Assembly (NCBI GenBank): GCA_964643345.1 | Contig: CAZXRU010000013.1 | Span: forward strand, 13,449 to 77,448 | Length of the DNA: 64,000 nucleotides | Direction of reading: 5' to 3' | Origin: an uncultured Fluviicola sp. | GTDB taxonomy: Bacteria > Bacteroidota > Bacteroidia > Flavobacteriales_D > Crocinitomicaceae | Shown here: positions 58,813-64,000 of the stretch, in pieces | Layout: each line of letters begins with the position of its first letter | How positions within the stretch are numbered: position 1 is the stretch's first letter | The notes under the pieces: generated by a model | Databases searched by the model: none | What the model was told of the DNA's origin: nothing | Seen by the model: only the letters and a program-made list of their open reading frames with translations | Program-made: the position numbers and the translations under genes

Positions 58813-59874
58813 TTATGGTCTTCTCTGCGGAGTTGTCCTTGTCGGAGTAACACGCGGAGGTGAACTTGGTCGCACTTGTGGATTACGTTGCGGTGTTGGT
58901 GCAGGTCTCACTTGTGGACTTCGATTCTGAGAAGGCGGTGGACTATACTGCGGTGGTCGACTTGGCGACGTACGTGTGTCCATACGAGGTGTCGGGTTCG
59001 GGTTATTCATCGTTGGATTCGTTCTTGGAGTGCGCTCTGGTGAAGTGCTCTGCGGACGATCCATATCGCGCTCCTTCGAAACAGGTTTGTGCGTTGGCGT
59101 GGCTTCCTGTCTCACAGGTTTACCTGTGTTCATGGGAACAGAACTCACCTTCGCCGCTTGTTTGTTCTTGGGCAAAGTGCTTTGCGCCGCTATATGCTTT
59201 TGACTTTGGTAATACGTTTTCGAATAATTCTTGTTCTTGTAATAAAACGTATGTGCATGGTACGAGCGGTAAAATCCACATGGTCGGTAGAAACCATAGT
59301 AGGGATGTACATATCCGTAGTACATATCCCAATGGTATGGTCGCCAAGGATTGTGCCAGTGCGGATAGAACCCGTAGTGCCAAGGGGAAACCCAGATTAC
59401 ATACTGGGGACCATACATGTATTGTACCGTAGGCCAGTGACTCACATTCGCAGCCATTCTGTCCGACTCCGTTCTAGGTTCAATGATATAATCTCGTCCG
59501 TACAAAGCCTCATCACCTACAATTTGAACTACAGTCTTGTTGTCATCAGGTTTGTCCAAATGAATTACTGCGACATCCTGGATATCGTCAGCACTAAATG
59601 CTACTTGCAACGTTACTAAATGAATATTTCCACTTGAGTAATTTACAACGCGGATGTAATCGACAAATCCATCATCGTTTAGGTCGAGGTTGTTTACTTT
59701 TGATTTTTCCGAATTCAACTCGCGTTCGAAATCTTCGAGATTCTTCGATTTTTTAAACAATTCTAATACCGCATTCAAATCCAAATTAGCTCCGGGCAAT
59801 CTAGTATTTGCCGCAGCAGAAAAACTGGAGAGTGAGAAGGCGATAAGTCCGAGAAATAAGATAAATGCTTTCAT
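58813..59874 (-). CDS. Secreted protein with EF-hand-like loop, Tyr/His/Trp-rich core and Pro/Thr/Arg-rich tail, function unknown
   Basis: 353 aa with a signal peptide (MKAFILFLGLIAFSLSSFSAAAN). DLNDDGFVDYI is a Ca-binding-like loop. Aromatic block HWHNPWRPYHWDMYYGYVHPYYGFYRP. C-terminal roughly 110 aa low-complexity tail (...NRSPQVRPAPTPQRNPQVRPSSPPRVTP...). Confidence 0.65.
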   Translation of the reverse strand: MKAFILFLGLIAFSLSSFSAAANTRLPGANLDLNAVLELFKKSKNLEDFERELNSEKSKVNNLDLNDDGFVDYIRVVNYSSGNIHLVTLQVAFSADDIQDVAVIHLDKPDDNKTVVQIVGDEALYGRDYIIEPRTESDRMAANVSHWPTVQYMYGPQYVIWVSPWHYGFYPHWHNPWRPYHWDMYYGYVHPYYGFYRPCGFYRSYHAHTFYYKNKNYSKTYYQSQKHIAAQSTLPKNKQAAKVSSVPMNTGKPVRQEATPTHKPVSKERDMDRPQSTSPERTPRTNPTMNNPNPTPRMDTRTSPSRPPQYSPPPSQNRSPQVRPAPTPQRNPQVRPSSPPRVTPTRTTPQRRP

Positions 59875-60352
59875 GACGTTTGATTTTTACTGTTCTTAAC
59901 TATTTTGACCGATGAAACCTTCATTGGTTTAATCGAAAATTTCAATTTCTGTGCCAGTGCTCTGTAAAATGACATTTTTTAACTCTTTTTGTCTTTTTGT
60001 AGAGCTTAGTAAAGCGGTACACTGAAAATATAACGATTTTTTTGGAGGGAACGTGTGGAATAACGCTGGAAAGTTGCTAAAGAACGTTAAAAGTGAAGGG
60101 TGTTGGGATTACTCCGTGATCCCCAAAGTGAGAGGTTCAAGACAGTTCCCTGCTTATTATTGAATTAGAGAAGATGTATTTGTTCGAAACAGAAAAATAA
60201 TTTACCATTATTCCATCTATTCCGTATGCTCCAATGTTGAATCACTTTTGTCGTAGAATACATCGAATATACCTAGCATATTCTTTTTGTTTCAAAGTTT
60301 AAAAACAATACTCCTAAACTAAATTCTATACCATAATTAATGACAATTTGTG

Positions 60353-63300
60353 TTATTTTACAATCTTTCGAATCAGGTTCTCACCATTCGCTACCTGAAT
60401 AACCAGAAAATAAATACCACTTTCAAAAGGATCCATTGAAATTATTGTTCCTCCATTGATTTCATTTTTTGAGACTAGAGACTTACCTTTTGAATCATAA
60501 AGTACAAATTCATATTTTTGGTTGTAGGTTGTTTCAATATGTAATTCTGAACTTACAGGATTCGGAAAAATAGTGAATTCATTTAATAAGTGTAAAGAAC
60601 TTAAGCCAGTATGATCCAAGTGCACTTCTATATTTAATATGCTATCACAACCAACATTATTAGTGAACAATTGAATATAATCTCCGGATTGATAATATGT
60701 AACATCATTTACTATCAATGAATCTAATCCTGTAAGTTGAATCGATTCAGAAGTTGATTCAAGAATACTTACATCTAACGTTAAAGTACTATCACATCCC
60801 ATTGAATTCAATTCTTGTTGGATATAAGTTCCAGTGCTGTTATACGTAATTCCATTGATTATCACATTATCGCATTCAATAAAACTTAATACTGAATCAG
60901 TTGAATGCAAAACACTCAAATCAATAGTCGTGAGGCTATCACATCCAAATTGATTAGATAAAATTTGGCTGTAGATTCCAGAACTAGTATACCACTGACC
61001 ATTCCATTGTAATGAATCACAATCATTCATCTGAATTGAAACCGCACTATTATGATGACTTCCGTCAGTAATGGTGTTTAAAACTTTGTTTGTGTAGATA
61101 GGATCGTTGAAGTCAAAGTAAATACTTACGCTATTATTTATTTCATCTCCTAAGGATAAGTTGTCTATAGGCAAGACACTAAAAATCACGTACCCGTGAC
61201 TGGTAATTTCATTTGATGAACTGTCAGCAAGCATAATATCATCAAAACGGAATTTAAATATGGAATCATTCACTAATTCTACCACCATTGGATGACTGGA
61301 ACCATGTAACTTAAATGACGTTGGATCGATTCGATGACTCAAAGTATCAAGGATATAAATATTAATAGCTTCAGCATTTCCTGTGTTTTGGAACCGAACG
61401 GTATAGGTTAATCTTTGGTTTGTATCAACATAATTGGGAACACACTCACCTATCGGGTATACTTTTTTGTCATTCGGATCGTAACTATTAATAATTGGAA
61501 ACATATAGTTTCTAATATTGTCGGTAGAATCGAAATCTCCAGCTATTGGTTCAATTATTAAATCAAGGTTAGCGTCAATTCCAAATGGAGTAATACTAGG
61601 AGTGTGAACAGCGATTTGAGCTGTGAAGTTAGTAGGATCATAAATCATATTGGTGAAATTCCAAACTAATGTATCACCTGAAATGGTAGTTGGTGGTGGT
61701 GATGAACTAAGGAAATTGAGTATGGGGTCAATTCTAAGTTTAATTTGACCGTCTACAGGCACACAAGATTGATTATAAGCATTTAAAAAGAGATAAGAAT
61801 CTATGCCTGGACGAAATGTCGAAGCCACCAAATTAGCTGTAAGGTCATGTGTATTTAATGTATCTGGTCCATTGAGAAAAATGGTTGTGGAAGCCGAATT
61901 TCCAATGGAATCAACAATTGAGACTTGATGCAAGCCACTTGTCGTATAATTAAATACAGGGTTTGTGGTTAGAGGTAATGTATCCCAACTATAAAGGAAA
62001 GGAGGAACACCGTTAACTGGCAATATCGTTGAAACCCCAGAATTTGAGCAGGTTGCTAAAGTATTTGTCTGTACAGAAACATCTAGCAAAGATTCGAAAT
62101 TGTCACTTTTTACACGATAAACTCCTTTAGGACCAACAAAATCATTTTCAGTTGTATTAAAAGCATTTCTACTTCCAATAATTACATTACCACCGGGTTG
62201 GAGAGCCAGACTTTTTACACTTGGGAACGATGTCGCAGGAAAAAGTGTTTGAATACTGTCAATAGAGCCATCATAATTCAAGCATATTACATTCGATACT
62301 GTTGTACCATTTAGGGTTAAATTAGGGAAAAACCCTCCAAGTAATATTTTTCCATCGGGCTGAAGAAGCTTATCGTGACATCGAACATTAATGCTTCCAC
62401 TAACGAAAATTCCATTATCAGTGACGAAAGTTGAATCCATAGAGCCATCATGATTTAATCGTACTATGCCATTTACTGGAGTTCCATTAAAATGATCAAA
62501 ATATCCTAAAACAATGACTTGACCATTTGGCAAAGGAAGTATTTCATAAACCCGTGAGGATGCACCACCAGTCAGATCTTGGAAACCAATCGAAGTCTGA
62601 AAAGTTGTGTCAATTGTTCCATTTGGTAAAATACGTACTATGTCCTTATAAGGATTCCCCAAAAAACTACCGAATTTCCCGCCCAAATATACCTCTTCAT
62701 TAGGTCCAAGTTGTACGTCATTTATTTCAATTCCACCCCCAGAGGTACCAATATAAAAACTTGTATCGATTTCTCCATTAGGAAGAATCCTGGCAAGGCA
62801 TCTAGTAGTAAATCCAGTACTTATCGAAGTGAAGTGGCCAGGACCTCCAAGTAACATACTTCCATCTGATCGTTTCATTATATTCACAACCGCATTTTGA
62901 GTGACATTTAAATCACTAAAATAATTGAAGTCAGGAGTTCCATCCGGCGATATTTTAACAATATTATCAACTGGTGTTCCATCATATGAGTCAAACACGC
63001 CTGCCAAAATTATAGAGCCATCAGTTTGCTCGAATAGCGCGGAGACCTTTGGCGTCATAACACTCGATTCTTCCAGTCCATCTCCAATATGAAACGAAGT
63101 ATCCATATAACCATCTGCTGTGAGCAATGCCAAATTAGGTGATACTATATCATTATATTTATAAAAATCACCACCAATGACAATTCTACCATCATGAAGT
63201 ACTATTAAGTCCAATATTTCATTTGTAGCAGCTCCATACCCTCTCAAACCTAAACCTTGAACTTGTCCTGTTGGGAGCATAAGATCTGGTGTAAGAAAAG

Positions 63301-64000
63301 CAATGCCATCAGCCATTGAAAAACTTCCTGAAGGATAGTCAAATAGACCGCCAAAAATTATTTCTCCAGTCGAATTAACATCTACTGCATGTATAGGGAT
63401 TGATGTGTAATCTGGTGGAAAATTAAAACCACCTCCAGAATTATAAAGTCCATCTGGTGTAAGTTTTATAACTGCAGGATAATATGGTGCTGGCCAATAA
63501 CCATTGGTTGTATACAAAATACTTGAATCATCCAGTACTTTTATACTTGTTATTCCCCAATGGACAGGAAGTGTTCCAGTGTTAAAAGTTGGATCAACGT
63601 AACCAAGAGTATCACAACGAATCATATCGTGTTCGTACTGAGCGGCAATAATTTTTTCACCTTGAATTGCAATTGATTGATACATCGAAGCATTAATATT
63701 AATAAAGTTATTATTCACATTACCATTTGTGTCCAAGCGAACCATTCCTTTATAAACATTTCCACTAAAACCTAAAAATGATCCAACAACATAAATATCA
63801 CCAGAAGGATGCAGTTCGAAATCGAAGATCAACTCTGATGCTCCTGTTGGCCCGGTACCAATATCAAATGAATTATCTACGCTGCCATCTGGCAGTAATC
63901 TTACCATTAGATTTTTTCCAATACCATTGAACTCATCAAATTTACCTTGTAACACTAAACAACCGTTTGTTTGCTCTTTGACATTAACAACTTCTGCGTT
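60353..64000 (-). CDS. Delta-60-repeat (beta-propeller-like) surface protein with T9SS type-A CTD; 5' end beyond the window
   Basis: The reading frame stays open from the GTG at 63955 to base 64000 (NAEVVNVKEQTNGCLV...), so the gene is truncated by the window. Many DG(S/T)hD.(S/T)F repeats occur at intervals of about 60 residues. It also has an SYDPNDK...YTVRFQNTGNAEA module, Cys-containing repeats (QFGCDS, SMGCDS, NVGCDS) and a C-terminal FTIFPNPVSSELHI...GIYFLVI sorting domain. Confidence 0.8.
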   Translation of the reverse strand, partial: NAEVVNVKEQTNGCLVLQGKFDEFNGIGKNLMVRLLPDGSVDNSFDIGTGPTGASELIFDFELHPSGDIYVVGSFLGFSGNVYKGMVRLDTNGNVNNNFININASMYQSIAIQGEKIIAAQYEHDMIRCDTLGYVDPTFNTGTLPVHWGITSIKVLDDSSILYTTNGYWPAPYYPAVIKLTPDGLYNSGGGFNFPPDYTSIPIHAVDVNSTGEIIFGGLFDYPSGSFSMADGIAFLTPDLMLPTGQVQGLGLRGYGAATNEILDLIVLHDGRIVIGGDFYKYNDIVSPNLALLTADGYMDTSFHIGDGLEESSVMTPKVSALFEQTDGSIILAGVFDSYDGTPVDNIVKISPDGTPDFNYFSDLNVTQNAVVNIMKRSDGSMLLGGPGHFTSISTGFTTRCLARILPNGEIDTSFYIGTSGGGIEINDVQLGPNEEVYLGGKFGSFLGNPYKDIVRILPNGTIDTTFQTSIGFQDLTGGASSRVYEILPLPNGQVIVLGYFDHFNGTPVNGIVRLNHDGSMDSTFVTDNGIFVSGSINVRCHDKLLQPDGKILLGGFFPNLTLNGTTVSNVICLNYDGSIDSIQTLFPATSFPSVKSLALQPGGNVIIGSRNAFNTTENDFVGPKGVYRVKSDNFESLLDVSVQTNTLATCSNSGVSTILPVNGVPPFLYSWDTLPLTTNPVFNYTTSGLHQVSIVDSIGNSASTTIFLNGPDTLNTHDLTANLVASTFRPGIDSYLFLNAYNQSCVPVDGQIKLRIDPILNFLSSSPPPTTISGDTLVWNFTNMIYDPTNFTAQIAVHTPSITPFGIDANLDLIIEPIAGDFDSTDNIRNYMFPIINSYDPNDKKVYPIGECVPNYVDTNQRLTYTVRFQNTGNAEAINIYILDTLSHRIDPTSFKLHGSSHPMVVELVNDSIFKFRFDDIMLADSSSNEITSHGYVIFSVLPIDNLSLGDEINNSVSIYFDFNDPIYTNKVLNTITDGSHHNSAVSIQMNDCDSLQWNGQWYTSSGIYSQILSNQFGCDSLTTIDLSVLHSTDSVLSFIECDNVIINGITYNSTGTYIQQELNSMGCDSTLTLDVSILESTSESIQLTGLDSLIVNDVTYYQSGDYIQLFTNNVGCDSILNIEVHLDHTGLSSLHLLNEFTIFPNPVSSELHIETTYNQKYEFVLYDSKGKSLVSKNEINGGTIISMDPFESGIYFLVIQVANGENLIRKIVK

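Noticed and set aside
58860-59619. 190-aa and 176-aa plus-strand ORFs (plus smaller ones) opposite the Pro-rich secreted protein gene
   Set aside because: They are shadow ORFs created by the GC-rich Pro/Arg/Thr codon region. The minus-strand frame has a signal peptide and continuous sensible sequence.
60100-60150. GGTTCAAGAC segment that superficially resembles a tRNA/tmRNA T-arm
   Set aside because: No acceptor stem, anticodon arm or complementary T-stem partner could be assembled around it, so it is not a tRNA-like gene.

Overview
This is a 64-kb, AT-rich, densely coding chromosomal segment that reads as Bacteroidota (Flavobacteriia/Cytophagia-like). Three things support that assignment: the type IX secretion (T9SS) translocon gene sprA, a PorP/SprF gene and five proteins with T9SS C-terminal sorting domains; TAnnTTTG promoter boxes close to start codons; and A-rich, Shine-Dalgarno-poor leaders. 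I support 41 protein-coding genes. Two are cut by the window edges: a SPOR protein at the left and a delta-60-repeat T9SS cargo at the right. Housekeeping genes include rnpA, an S41 peptidase, mgtE, ridA, a PIN-PhoH ATPase, maeB-ruvA-sprA-GNAT as one tightly packed minus-strand string, hemD-like, gcdH, recJ, a Pif1/RecD-like helicase, a Wzx/Wzz/Wzy-like trio, an OmpR-type two-component pair, NlpC/P60, der and era. By eye I found no rRNA, tRNA, CRISPR array, transposase, integrase or phage genes. All intergenic gaps are under 500 bp. I do not see a clear-cut novel multi-gene system such as a defence island. The best leads follow. (1) A 1717-aa type-B-CTD adhesin is paired with PorP/SprF, and its core is a 780-bp higher-order A-B-C tandem repeat. 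(2) SprA carries a roughly 50-residue Lys/Arg/Glu-rich insertion. (3) The era-der spacer holds four copies of the 9-mer ATTGCAGAT forming an 18-bp hairpin. (4) A 1147-aa predicted outer-membrane barrel is coupled to a Cys/His-motif TonB-like protein. (5) An unusual Tyr/His/Trp-rich plus Pro-rich secreted protein sits next to a long structured spacer. (6) Three uncharacterised exported proteins form an apparent operon. All family calls come from motif recognition by eye. No database search was run.
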